DNA of 64,000 bases, from the NCBI GenBank assembly GCA_964016885.1, contig OZ024741.1, forward strand, positions 210,552,001 to 210,616,000, given 5' to 3'. Positions 1-13,734 of this stretch are shown here, in pieces; within the stretch, counting starts at the first letter, position 1; every line of letters starts with the position of its first letter. The notes beneath the pieces were generated by a model. It worked only from the letters and a program-made list of their open reading frames with translations, made no database searches and was not told the DNA's origin. The translations under genes and the position numbers were made by a program. Source of the stretch: Eledone cirrhosa. Lineage: Eukaryota.

Positions 1-276
1 CCTATCTCAGCCACAGTCCACTGTCTCAGCCTCAGTCCACTGTCTCAGCCACAGTCCACCTATCTCAGCCACAGTCCACCTATCTCAGCCACAGTCCACT
101 GTCTCAGCCTCAGTACACTGTCTCAGCCACAGTCCACCTATCTCAGCCACAGTCCACTGTCTCAGCCACAGTCCACCTATCTCAGCCACAGTCCACTGTC
201 TCAGCCTCAGTCCACTGTCTCAGCCACAGTCCACCTATCTCAGCCACAGTCCACCTATCTCAACCACAGTCCACTG

Positions 277-3200
277 TCTCAGCCTCAGTTCACCTATCTC
301 AACCACAGTCCACTGTCTCAGCCTCAGTCCACTGTCTCAGCCACAGTCCACTGTCTCAGCCTCATTCCACTGTCTCAGCCTCAGTCCACCTATGTCAGCC
401 ACAGTCCACTGTCTCAGCCTCAGTCCACCTATCTCAGCCACAGACCACTGTCTCAGCCACAGTCCACCTATCTCAGCCACAGTCCACTGTCTCAGCCACA
501 GTCCACCTATCTCAACCACAGTCCACTGTCTCAGCCTCAGTCCACTGTCTCAGCCTCAGTTCACCTATCTCAACCACAGTCCACTGTCTCAGCCTCAGTC
601 CACTGTCTCAGCCACAGTCCACTGTCTCAGCCTCAGTCCACTGTCTCAGCCACAGTCCACCTATCTCAGCCACAGTCCACTGTCTCAGCCACAGTCCACC
701 TATCTCAGCCACAGTCCACTGTCTCAGCCTCAATCCACCTATCTCAGCCACAGTCCACTGTCTCAGCCTCAGTCCACTGTCTCAGCCACAGTCCGCCTAT
801 CTCACCCTCAGTCCACTGTCTCAGCCACAGTCCACCTATCTCAGCCTCAGTCCACCGTCTCAGCCACAGTCCACTGTCTCAGCCACAGTCCACTGTCTCA
901 GCCTCAGTTCACCTATCTCAACCACAGTCCACTGTCTCAGCCACAGTCCACTGTCTCAGTCTCAGTCCACCTATCTCAGCCACAGTCCACTGTCTCAGCC
1001 TCAGTCCACTGTCTCAGCCACAGTCCACTGTCTCAGCCTCAGTCCACTGTCTCAGCCTCAGTCCACCTATCTCAACCACAGTCCACTGTCTCAGCCTCAG
1101 TTCACCTATCTCAGCCACAATCCACTGTCTCAGCCTCAGTCCACTGTCTCAGCCACAGTCCACTGTCTCAGCCTCAGTCCACTGTCTCAGCCTCAGTCCA
1201 CCTATCTCAACCACAGTCCACTGTCTCAGCCACAGTCCACCTATCTCAGCCACAGTCCACTGTCTCAGCCTCAGTCCACTGTCTCAGCCACAGTCCACCT
1301 ATCTCAGCCACAGTCCACTGTCTCAGCCACAGTCCACTGTCTCAGTCTCAGTCCACCTATCTCAGCCACAGTCCACTGTCTCAGCCACAGTCCACCTATC
1401 TCAGCCACAGTCCACCTATCTCAGCCACAGTCCACTGTCTCAGCCACAGTCCACCTATCTCAGTCTCAGTCCACTGTCTCAGCCACAGTCCACTGTCTCA
1501 GTCTCAGTCCACCTATCTCAGCCACAGTCCACTGTCTCAGCCACAGTCCACCTATCTCAGCCACAGTCCACTGTCTCAGCCACAGTCCACCTATCTCAGT
1601 CTCAGTCCACTGTCTCAGCCACAGTCCACTGTCTCAGCCACAGTCCACCTATCTCAGCCACAGTCCACCTATCTCAGCCACAGTCCACCTATCTCACCCT
1701 CAGTCCACTGTCTCAGCCACAGTCCACCTATCTCAGCCTCAGTCCACTGTCTCAGCCTCAGTCCACTGTCTCAGCCACAGTCCACCTATCTCAGCCTCAG
1801 TCCACTGTCTCAGCCTCAGTCCACTGTCTCAGCCTCAGTCCACCTATCTCAGCCACAGTCGACTGTCTCAGCCACAGTCCACCGTCTCAGCCACAGTCCA
1901 CTGTCTCAGCCACAGTCCACTGTCTCAGCCACAGTCCACTGTCTCAGCCACAGTCCACTGTCTCAGCCTCAGTTCACCTATCTCAACCACAGTCCACTGT
2001 CTCTGCCTCAGTCCACTGTCTCAGCCACAGTCCACTGTCTCAGCCTCATTCCACTGTCTCAGCCTCAGTCCACCTATGTCAGCCACAGTCCACTGTCTCA
2101 GCCTCAGTCCACCTATCTCAGCCACAGACCACTGTCTCAGCCACAGTCCACCTATCTCAGCCACAGTCCACTGTCTCAGCCACAGTCCACCTATCTCAAC
2201 CACAGTCCACTGTCTCAGCCTCAGTCCACTGTCTCAGCCTCAGTTCACCTATCTCAACCACAGTCCACTGTCTCAGCCTCAGTCCACTGTCTCAGCCACA
2301 GTCCACTGTCTCAGCCTCAGTCCACTGTCTCAGCCACAGTCCACCTATCTCAGCCACAGTCCACTGTCTCAGCCACAGTCCACCTATCTCAGCCACAGTC
2401 CACTGTCTCAGCCTCAATCCACCTATCTCAGCCACAGTCCACTGTCTCAGCCTCAGTCCACTGTCTCAGCCACAGTCCGCCTATCTCACCCTCAGTCCAC
2501 TGTCTCAGCCACAGTCCACCTATCTCAGCCTCAGTCCACCGTCTCAGCCACAGTCCACTGTCTCAGCCACAGTCCACTGTCTCAGCCTCAGTTCACCTAT
2601 CTCAACCACAGTCCACTGTCTCAGCCACAGTCCACTGTCTCAGTCTCAGTCCACCTATCTCAGCCACAGTCCACTGTCTCAGCCTCAGTCCACTGTCTCA
2701 GCCACAGTCCACTGTCTCAGCCTCAGTCCACTGTCTCAGCCTCAGTCCACCTATCTCAACCACAGTCCACTGTCTCAGCCTCAGTTCACCTATCTCAGCC
2801 ACAATCCACTGTCTCAGCCTCAGTCCACTGTCTCAGCCACAGTCCACTGTCTCAGCCTCAGTCCACTGTCTCAGCCTCAGTCCACCTATCTCAACCACAG
2901 TCCACTGTCTCAGCCACAGTCCACCTATCTCAGCCACAGTCCACTGTCTCAGCCTCAGTCCACTGTCTCAGCCACAGTCCACCTATCTCAGCCACAGTCC
3001 ACTGTCTCAGCCACAGTCCACTGTCTCAGTCTCAGTCCACCTATCTCAGCCACAGTCCACTGTCTCAGCCACAGTCCACCTATCTCAGCCACAGTCCACC
3101 TATCTCAGCCACAGTCCACTGTCTCAGCCACAGTCCACCTATCTCAGTCTCAGTCCACTGTCTCAGCCACAGTCCACTGTCTCAGTCTCAGTCCACCTAT

Positions 3201-3690
3201 CTCAGCCACAGTCCACTGTCTCAGCCACAGTCCACCTATCTCAGCCACAGTCCACTGTCTCAGCCACAGTCCACCTATCTCAGTCTCAGTCCACTGTCTC
3301 AGCCACAGTCCACTGTCTCAGCCACAGTCCACCTATCTCAGCCACAGTCCACCTATCTCAGCCACAGTCCACCTATCTCACCCTCAGTCCACTGTCTCAG
3401 CCACAGTCCACCTATCTCAGCCTCAGTCCACTGTCTCAGCCTCAGTCCACTGTCTCAGCCACAGTCCACCTATCTCAGCCTCAGTCCACTGTCTCAGCCT
3501 CAGTCCACTGTCTCAGCCTCAGTCCACCTATCTCAGCCACAGTCGACTGTCTCAGCCACAGTCCACCGTCTCAGCCACAGTCCACTGTCTCAGCCACAGT
3601 CCACTGTCTCAGCCACAGTCCACTGTCTCAGCCACAGTCCACTGTCTCAGCCTCAGTTCACCTATCTCAACCACAGTCCACTGTCTCAGC
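277..3690. repeat. Higher-order tandem duplication, period 1684 bp (two copies; boundaries approximate)
   Basis: Rare variants recur at +1684: CATTCC 363/2047, GTCGAC 1858/3542, ORF starts 392/2076, minus ORFs 337/2021. Confidence 0.93.
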
Positions 3691-6600
3691 CTCAGTTCAC
3701 CTATCTCAACCACAGTCCACTGTCTCAGCCTCAGTCCACTGTCTCAGCCTCAGTTCACCTATCTCAACCACAGTCCACTGTCTCAACCTCAGTCCACTGT
3801 CTCAGCCACAGTCCACTGTCTCAGCCACAGTCCACTGTCTCAGCCTCAGTCCACTGTCTCAGCCACAGTCCACTGTCTCAGTCTCAGTCCACTATCTCAG
3901 CCTCAGTCCACCTATCTCAGCCACAGTCCACTGTCTCAACCACAGTCCACTGTCTCAGCCTCAGTTCACCTATCTCAACCTCAGTCCACTGTCTCAGCCA
4001 CAGTCCACTGTCTCAGCCTCAGTCCACTGTCTCAGCCACAGTCCACCTATCTCAGCCACAGTCCACTGTCTCAGCCACAGTCCACCTATCTCAGCCACAG
4101 TCCACTGTCTCAGCCACAGTCCACCTATCTCAACCACAGTCCACTGTCTCAGCCTCAGTTCACCTATCTCAGCCACAGTCCACTGTCTCAGCCTCAGTCC
4201 ACTGTCTCAGCCACAGTCCACTGTCTCAGCCACAGTCCACCTATCTCAGCCACAGTCCACTGTCTCAGCCACAGTCCACCTATCTCAGCCACAGTCCACC
4301 TATCTCAGCCACAGTCCACTGTCTCAGCCACAGTCCACCTATCTCAGTCTCAGTCCACTGTCTCAGCCACAGTCCACCTATCTCAGCCACAGTCCACTGT
4401 CTCATCCTCAGTTCACCTATCTCAGCCACAGTCCATTGTCTCAGCCACAGTCCACCTATCTCAGCCACAGTCCACTGTCTCAGCCTCAGTTCACCTATCT
4501 CAACCACAGTCCACTGTCTCAGCCTCAGTTCACCTATCTCAGCCACAGTCCATCTATCTCAGTCTCAGTCCACTGTCTCAGCCACAGTCCACCTATCTCA
4601 GCCACAGTCCACTGTCTCAGCCTCAGTTCACCTATCTCAACCACAGTCCACTGTCTCAGCCTCAGTCCACCTATCTCAACCACAGTCCACCTATCTCAGT
4701 CTCAGTCCACTGTCTCAGCCACAGTCCACCTATCTCAACCACAGTCCACTGTCTCAGCCTCAGTTCACCTATCTCAGCCACAGTCCACCTATCTCAGTCT
4801 CAGTCCACTGTCTCAGCCACAGTCCACCTATCTCAGCCACAGTCCACTGTCTCAGCCTCAGTTCACCTATCTCAACCACAGTCCACCTATCTCAGTCTCA
4901 GTCCACTGTCTCAGCCACAGTCCACTGTCTCAGCCACAGTCCACCTATCTCAGCCACAGTCCACTGTATCAGCCTCAGTTCACCTATCTCAACCACAGTC
5001 CACCTATCTCAGCCTCAGTCCACTGTCTCAGCCTCAGTTCACCTATCTCAGCCACAGTCCACTGTCTCAGCCACAGTCCACCTATCTCAGCCACAGTCCA
5101 CTGTCTCAGCCACAGTCCACCTATCTCAACCACAGTCCACTGTCTCAGCCACAGTCCACCTATCTCAGCCACAGTCCACTGTCTCAGCCTCAGTTCACCT
5201 ATCTCAACCACAGTCCACCTATCTCAGTCTCAGTCCACTGTCTCAGCCACAGTCCACTGTCTCAGCCACAGTCCACCTATCTCAGCCACAGTCCACTGTC
5301 TCAGCCTCAGTTCACCTATCTCAACCACAGTCCACCTATCTCAGCCTCAGTCCACTGTCTCAGCCTCAGTTCACCTATCTCAGCCACAGTCCACTGTCTC
5401 AGCCACAGTCCACCTATCTCAGCCACAGTCCACTGTCTCAGCCACAGTCCACCTATCTCAGCCTCAGTCCACTGTCTCAGCCTCAGTCCACTGTCTCAGC
5501 CACAGTCCACTGTCTCAGCCTCAGTCCACTGTCTCAGCCACAGTCCACCTATCTCAGCCACAGTCCACTGTCTCAGCCACAGTCCACTGTCTCAGCCACA
5601 GTCCACTGTCTCAGCCTCAGTCCACCTATCTCAGCCAGAGTCCACTGTCTCAGCCTCAGTCCACTGTCTCAGCCACAGTCCACCTATCTCAGCCACAGTC
5701 CACTGTCTCAGCCTCAGTCCACTGTCTCAGCCACAGTCCACCTACCTCAGCCACAGTCCACTGTCTCAGCCTCAGTCCACTGTCTCAGCCACAGTCCACC
5801 TATCTCAGCCACAGTCGACTGTCTCAGCCAAAGTCCACCTATCTCAGCCACAGTCCACTGTCTCAGCCACAGTCCACCTATCTCAACCACAGTCCACTGT
5901 CTCAACCACAGTCCACTGTCTCAGCCTCAGTTCACCTATCTCAACCACAGTCCACTGTCTCAGCCTCAGTCCACTGTCTCAGCCACAGTCCACTGTCTCA
6001 GCCTCAGTCCACTGTCTCAGCCACAGTCCACTGTCTCAGCCTCAGTCCACTGTCTCAGCCACAGTCCACCTATCTCAGCCACAGTCCACTGTCTCAGCCA
6101 CAGTCCACTGTCTCAGCCACAGTCCACTGTCTCAGCCACAGTCCACCTATCTCAACCACAGTCCACTGTCTCAACCACAGTCCACTGTCTCAGCCTCAGT
6201 TCACCTATCTCAACCACAGTCCACTGTCTCAGCCTCAGTCCACCTATCTCAGCCACAGTCCACCTATCTCAGCCACAGTCCACCTATCTCAGCCACAGTC
6301 CACTGTCTCAGCCTCAGTCCACTGTCTCAGCCACAGTCCACCTATCTCAGCCACAGTCCACTGTCTCAGCCACAGTCCACTGTCTCAGCCTCAGTCCACT
6401 GTCTCAGCCACAGTCCACCTATCTCAGCCACAGTCCACCTATCTCAGCCTCAGTCCACTGTCTCAGCCTCAGTCCACTGTCTCAGCCACAGTCCACCTAT
6501 CTCAGCCACAGTCCACTGTCTCAGCCTCAGTCCACCTATCTCAGCCACAGTCCACCTATCTCAGCCACAGTCCACTGTTTCAGCCACAGTCCACTGTCTC

Positions 6601-6979
6601 AGCCACAGTCCATCTATCTCAGCCACAGTCCACTGTCTCAGCCACAGTCCACCTATCTCAACCACAGTCCACTGTCTCAACCACAGTCCACTGTCTCAGC
6701 CACAGTCCACTGTCTCAGCCTCAGTCCACCTATCTCAGCCACAGTCCACCTATCTCAGCCACAGTCCACTGTCTCAGCCACAGTCCACTGTCTCAGCCAC
6801 AGTCCACCTATCTCAGCCACAGTCCACTGTCTCAGCCTCAGTCCACTGTCTCAGCCACAGTCCACCTATCTCAGCCACAGTCCACCTATCTCAGCCACAG
6901 TCCACTGTCTCAGCCTCAGTTCACTGTCTCAGCCACAGTCCACCTATCTCAGCCACAGTCCACTGTCTCAGCCACAGTC

Positions 6980-8590
6980 CACCTATCTCAGCCACAGTCC
7001 ACTGTCTCAGCCTCAGTCCACCTATCTCAGCCACAGTCCACTGTCTCAGCCTCAGTCCACTGTCTCAGCCACAGTCCACCTATCTCAGCCACAGTCCACT
7101 GTCTCAGCCTCAGTCCACTGTCTCAGCCACAGTCCACCTATCTCAGCCACAGTCCACCTATCGCAGCCACAGTCCACTGTCTCAGCCTCAGTTCACTGTC
7201 TCAGCCACAGTCCACCTATCTCAGCCACAGTCCACTGTCTCAGCCACAGTCCACCTATCTCAGCCACAGTCCACTGTCTCAGCCTCAGTCCACTGTCTCA
7301 GCCACAGTCCACCTATCTCAGCCACAGTCCACCTATCTCAACCACAGTCCACTGTCTCAGCCTCAGTTCACCTATCTCAACCACAGTCCACTGTCTCAGC
7401 CTCAGTCCACTGTCTCAGCCACAGTCCACTGTCTCAGCCTCATTCCACTGTCTCAGCCTCAGTCCACCTATGTCAGCCACAGTCCACTGTCTCAGCCTCA
7501 GTCCACCTATCTCAGCCACAGACCACTGTCTCAGCCACAGTCCACCTATCTCAGCCACAGTCCACTGTCTCAGCCACAGTCCACCTATCTCAACCACAGT
7601 CCACTGTCTCAGCCTCAGTCCACTGTCTCAGCCTCAGTTCACCTATCTCAACCACAGTCCACTGTCTCAGCCTCAGTCCACTGTCTCAGCCACAGTCCAC
7701 TGTCTCAGCCTCAGTCCACTGTCTCAGCCACAGTCCACCTATCTCAGCCACAGTCCACTGTCTCAGCCACAGTCCACCTATCTCAGCCACAGTCCACTGT
7801 CTCAGCCTCAGTCCACCTATCTCAGCCACAGTCCACTGTCTCAGCCTCAGTCCACTGTCTCAGCCACAGTCCACCTATCTCAGCCACAGTCCACTGTCTC
7901 AGCCTCAGTCCACTGTCTCAGCCACAGTCCACCTATCTCAGCCACAGTCCACCTATCTCAGCCACAGTCCACTGTCTCAGCCTCAGTTCACTGTCTCAGC
8001 CACAGTCCACCTATCTCAGCCACAGTCCACTGTCTCAGCCACAGTCCACCTATCTCAGCCACAGTCCACTGTCTCAGCCTCAGTCCACTGTCTCAGCCAC
8101 AGTCCACCTATCTCAGCCACAGTCCACCTATCTCAACCACAGTCCACTGTCTCAGCCTCAGTTCACCTATCTCAACCACAGTCCACTGTCTCAGCCTCAG
8201 TCCACTGTCTCAGCCACAGTCCACTGTCTCAGCCTCATTCCACTGTCTCAGCCTCAGTCCACCTATGTCAGCCACAGTCCACTGTCTCAGCCTCAGTCCA
8301 CCTATCTCAGCCACAGACCACTGTCTCAGCCACAGTCCACCTATCTCAGCCACAGTCCACTGTCTCAGCCACAGTCCACCTATCTCAACCACAGTCCACT
8401 GTCTCAGCCTCAATCCACTGTCTCAGCCTCAGTTCACCTATCTCAACCACAGTCCACTGTCTCAGCCTCAGTCCACTGTCTCAGCCACAGTCCACTGTCT
8501 CAGCCTCAGTCCACTGTCTCAGCCACAGTCCACCTATCTCAGCCACAGTCCACTGTCTCAGCCACAGTCCACCTATCTCAGCCACAGTCC
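6980..8590. repeat. Higher-order tandem duplication, period 795 bp (boundaries approximate)
   Basis: CATTCC 7441/8236, GTTCACTG 7191/7986 and minus ORFs 7415/8210 are all offset by 795. Confidence 0.85.
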
Positions 8591-8699
8591 ACTGTCTCAG
8601 CCTCAATCCACCTATCTCAGCCACAGTCCACTGTCTCAGCCTCAGTCCACTGTCTCAGCCACAGTCCGCCTATCTCACCCTCAGTCCACTGTCTCAGTC

Positions 8700-11600
8700 T
8701 CAGTCCACTGTCTCAGCCACAGTCCACCTATCTCAGCCACAGTCCACTGTCTCAGTCTCAGTCCACCTATCTCAGTCTCAGTCCACTGTCTCAACCACAG
8801 TCCACTGTCTCAGCCACAGTCCACTGTCTCAGTCTCAGTCCACCTATCTCAGCCACAGTCCACTGTCTCAGCCTCAGTCCACTGTCTCAGCCATAGTCCA
8901 CTGTCTCAGCCTCAGTCCACTGCCTCAGCCTCAGTCCACCTATCTCAACCACAGTCCACTGTCTCAGCCTCAGTTCACCTATCTCAGCCACAGTCCACTG
9001 TCTCAGCCTCAGTCCACTGTCTCAGCCACAGTCCACTGTCTCAGCCTCAGTCCACTGTCTCAGCCTCAGTCCACCTATCTCAACCACAGTCCACTGTCTC
9101 AGCCACAGTCCACCTATCTCAGCCACAGTCCACTGTCTCAGCCTCAGTCCACTGTCTCAGCCACAGTCCACCTATCTCAGCCACAGTCCACTGTCTCAGC
9201 CACAGTCCACTGTCTCAGTCTCAGTCCACCTATCTCAGCCACAGTCCACTGTCTCAGCCACAGTCCACCTATCTCAGCCACAGTCCACCTATCTCAGCCA
9301 CAGTCCACTGTCTCAGCCACAGTCCACCTATCTCAGTCTCAGTCCACTGTCTCAGCCACAGTCCACTGTCTCAGTCTCAGTCCACCTATCTCAGCCACAG
9401 TCCACTGTCTCAGCCACAGTCCACCTATCTCAGCCACAGTCCACTGTCTCAGCCACAGTCCACCTATCTCAGTCTCAGTCCACTGTCTCAGCCACAGTCC
9501 ACTGTCTCAGCCACAGTCCACCTATCTCAGCCACAGTCCACCTATCTCAGCCACAGTCCACCTATCTCACCCTCAGTCCACTGTCTCAGCCACAGTCCAC
9601 CTATCTCAGCCTCAGTCCACTGTCTCAGCCTCAGTCCGCTGTCTCAGCCTCAGTCCACCTATCTCAGCCTCAGTCCACTGTCTCAACCTCAGTCCACTGT
9701 CTCAGCCTCAGTCCACCTATCTCAGCCACAGTCCACTGTCTCACCATCAGTCCACCGTCTCAGCCACAGTCCACTGTCTCAGCCACAGTCCACTGTCTCA
9801 GCCACAGTCCACTGTCTCAGCCACAGTCCACTGTCTCAGCCTCAGTTCACCTATCTCAACCACAGTCCACTGTCTCAACCTCAGTTCACCTATCTCAACC
9901 ACAGTCCACTGTCTCAGCCTCAGTCCACTGTCTCAGCCTCAGTTCACCTATCTCAACCACAGTCCACTGTCTCAACCTCAGTCCACTGTCTCAGCCACAG
10001 TCCACTGTCTCAGCCACAGTCCACTGTCTCAGCCTCAGTCCACTGTCTCAGCCACAGTCCACTGTCTCAATCTCAGTCCACTATCTCAGCCTCAGTCCAC
10101 CTATCTCAGCCACAGTCCACTGTCTCAACCACAGTCCACTGTCTCAGCCTCAGTTCACCTATCTCAACCTCAGTCCACTGTCTCAGCCACAGTCCACTGT
10201 CTCAGCCTCAGTCCACTGTCTCAGCCACAGTCCACCTATCTCAGCCACAGTCCACTGTCTCAGCCACAGTCCACCTATCTCAGCCACAGTCCACTGTCTC
10301 AGCCACAGTCCACCTATCTCAACCACAGTCCACTGTCTCAGCCTCAGTTCACCTATCTCAGCCACAGTCCACTGTCTCAGCCTCGGTCCACTGTCTCAGC
10401 CACAGTCCACCTATCTCAGCCACAGTCCACTGTCTCAGCCACAGTCCACCTATCTCAGCCACAGTCCACCTATCTCAGCCACAGTCCACTGTCTCAGCCA
10501 CAGTCCACCTATCTCAGCCACAGTCCACCTATCTCAGCCACAGTCCACTGTCTCAGCCACAGTCCACCTATCTCAGTCTCAGTCCACTGTCTCAGCCACA
10601 GTCCACCTATCTCAGCCACAGTCCACTGTCTCAGCCTCAGTTCACCTATCTCAGCCACAGTCCATTGTCTCAGCCACAGTCCACCTATCTCAGCCACAGT
10701 CCACTGTCTCAGCCTCAGTTCACCTATCTCAACCACAGTCCACTGTCTCAGCCTCAGTTCACCTATCTCAGCCACAGTCCACCTATCTCAGTCTCAGTCC
10801 ACTGTCTCAGCCACAGTCCACCTCTCTCAGCCACAGTCCACTGTCTCAGCCTCAGTTCACCTATCTCAACCACAGTCCACTGTCTCAGCCTCAGTCCACC
10901 TATCTCAACCACAGTCCACCTATCTCAGTCTCAGTCCACTGTCTCAGCCACAGTCCACCTATCTCAACCACAGTCCACTGTCTCAGCCTCAGTTCACCTA
11001 TCTCAGCCACAGTCCACCTATCTCAGTCTCAGTCCACTGTCTCAGCCACAGTCCACCTATCTCAGCCACAGTCCACTGTCTCAGCCTCAGTTCACCTATC
11101 TCAATCACAGTCCACCTATCTCAGTCTCAGTCCACTGTCTCAGCCACAGTCCACTGTCTCAGCCACAGTCCACCTATCTCAGCCACAGTCCACTGTCTCA
11201 GTCTCAGTCCACCTATCTCAGTCTCAGTCCACTGTCTCAACCACAGTCCACTGTCTCAGCCACAGTCCACTGTCTCAGTCTCAGTCCACCTATCTCAGCC
11301 ACAGTCCACTGTCTCAGCCTCAGTCCACTGTCTCAGCCATAGTCCACTGTCTCAGCCTCAGTCCACTGCCTCAGCCTCAGTCCACCTATCTCAACCACAG
11401 TCCACTGTCTCAGCCTCAGTTCACCTATCTCAGCCACAGTCCACTGTCTCAGCCTCAGTCCACTGTCTCAGCCACAGTCCACTGTCTCAGCCTCAGTCCA
11501 CTGTCTCAGCCTCAGTCCACCTATCTCAACCACAGTCCACTGTCTCAGCCACAGTCCACCTATCTCAGCCACAGTCCACTGTCTCAGCCTCAGTCCACTG

Positions 11601-13640
11601 TCTCAGCCACAGTCCACCTATCTCAGCCACAGTCCACTGTCTCAGCCACAGTCCACTGTCTCAGTCTCAGTCCACCTATCTCAGCCACAGTCCACTGTCT
11701 CAGCCACAGTCCACCTATCTCAGCCACAGTCCACCTATCTCAGCCACAGTCCACTGTCTCAGCCACAGTCCACCTATCTCAGTCTCAGTCCACTGTCTCA
11801 GCCACAGTCCACTGTCTCAGTCTCAGTCCACCTATCTCAGCCACAGTCCACTGTCTCAGCCACAGTCCACCTATCTCAGCCACAGTCCACTGTCTCAGCC
11901 ACAGTCCACCTATCTCAGTCTCAGTCCACTGTCTCAGCCACAGTCCACTGTCTCAGCCACAGTCCACCTATCTCAGCCACAGTCCACCTATCTCAGCCAC
12001 AGTCCACCTATCTCACCCTCAGTCCACTGTCTCAGCCACAGTCCACCTATCTCAGCCTCAGTCCACTGTCTCAGCCTCAGTCCGCTGTCTCAGCCTCAGT
12101 CCACCTATCTCAGCCTCAGTCCACTGTCTCAACCTCAGTCCACTGTCTCAGCCTCAGTCCACCTATCTCAGCCACAGTCCACTGTCTCACCATCAGTCCA
12201 CCGTCTCAGCCACAGTCCACTGTCTCAGCCACAGTCCACTGTCTCAGCCACAGTCCACTGTCTCAGCCACAGTCCACTGTCTCAGCCTCAGTTCACCTAT
12301 CTCAACCACAGTCCACTGTCTCAACCTCAGTTCACCTATCTCAACCACAGTCCACTGTCTCAGCCTCAGTCCACTGTCTCAGCCTCAGTTCACCTATCTC
12401 AACCACAGTCCACTGTCTCAACCTCAGTCCACTGTCTCAGCCACAGTCCACTGTCTCAGCCACAGTCCACTGTCTCAGCCTCAGTCCACTGTCTCAGCCA
12501 CAGTCCACTGTCTCAGTCTCAGTCCACTATCTCAGCCTCAGTCCACCTATCTCAGCCACAGTCCACTGTCTCAACCACAGTCCACTGTCTCAGCCTCAGT
12601 TCACCTATCTCAACCTCAGTCCACTGTCTCAGCCACAGTCCACTGTCTCAGCCTCAGTCCACTGTCTCAGCCACAGTCCACCTATCTCAGCCACAGTCCA
12701 CTGTCTCAGCCACAGTCCACCTATCTCAGCCACAGTCCACTGTCTCAGCCACAGTCCACCTATCTCAACCACAGTCCACTGTCTCAGCCTCAGTTCACCT
12801 ATCTCAGCCACAGTCCACTGTCTCAGCCTCGGTCCACTGTCTCAGCCACAGTCCACCTATCTCAGCCACAGTCCACTGTCTCAGCCACAGTCCACCTATC
12901 TCAGCCACAGTCCACCTATCTCAGCCACAGTCCACTGTCTCAGCCACAGTCCACCTATCTCAGCCACAGTCCACCTATCTCAGCCACAGTCCACTGTCTC
13001 AGCCACAGTCCACCTATCTCAGTCTCAGTCCACTGTCTCAGCCACAGTCCACCTATCTCAGCCACAGTCCACTGTCTCAGCCTCAGTTCACCTATCTCAG
13101 CCACAGTCCATTGTCTCAGCCACAGTCCACCTATCTCAGCCACAGTCCACTGTCTCAGCCTCAGTTCACCTATCTCAACCACAGTCCACTGTCTCAGCCT
13201 CAGTTCACCTATCTCAGCCACAGTCCACCTATCTCAGTCTCAGTCCACTGTCTCAGCCACAGTCCACCTCTCTCAGCCACAGTCCACTGTCTCAGCCTCA
13301 GTTCACCTATCTCAACCACAGTCCACTGTCTCAGCCTCAGTCCACCTATCTCAACCACAGTCCACCTATCTCAGTCTCAGTCCACTGTCTCAGCCACAGT
13401 CCACCTATCTCAACCACAGTCCACTGTCTCAGCCTCAGTTCACCTATCTCAGCCACAGTCCACCTATCTCAGTCTCAGTCCACTGTCTCAGCCACAGTCC
13501 ACCTATCTCAGCCACAGTCCACTGTCTCAGCCTCAGTTCACCTATCTCAATCACAGTCCACCTATCTCAGTCTCAGTCCACTGTCTCAGCCACAGTCCAC
13601 TGTCTCAGCCACAGTCCACCTATCTCAGCCACAGTCCACT
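8700..13640. repeat. Higher-order tandem duplication, period 2446 bp (boundaries approximate)
   Basis: TAG of CCATAG 8894/11340, CCTCTCTC 10821/13267, TCAATCAC 11101/13547, minus ORFs 10183/12629 and 10509/12955, all +2446. Confidence 0.92.
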
Positions 13641-13734
13641 GTCTCAGCCTCAGTTCACCTATCTCAACCACAGTCCACCTATCTCAGCCTCAGTCCACTG
13701 TCTCAGCCTCAGTTCACCTATCTCAGCCACAGTC

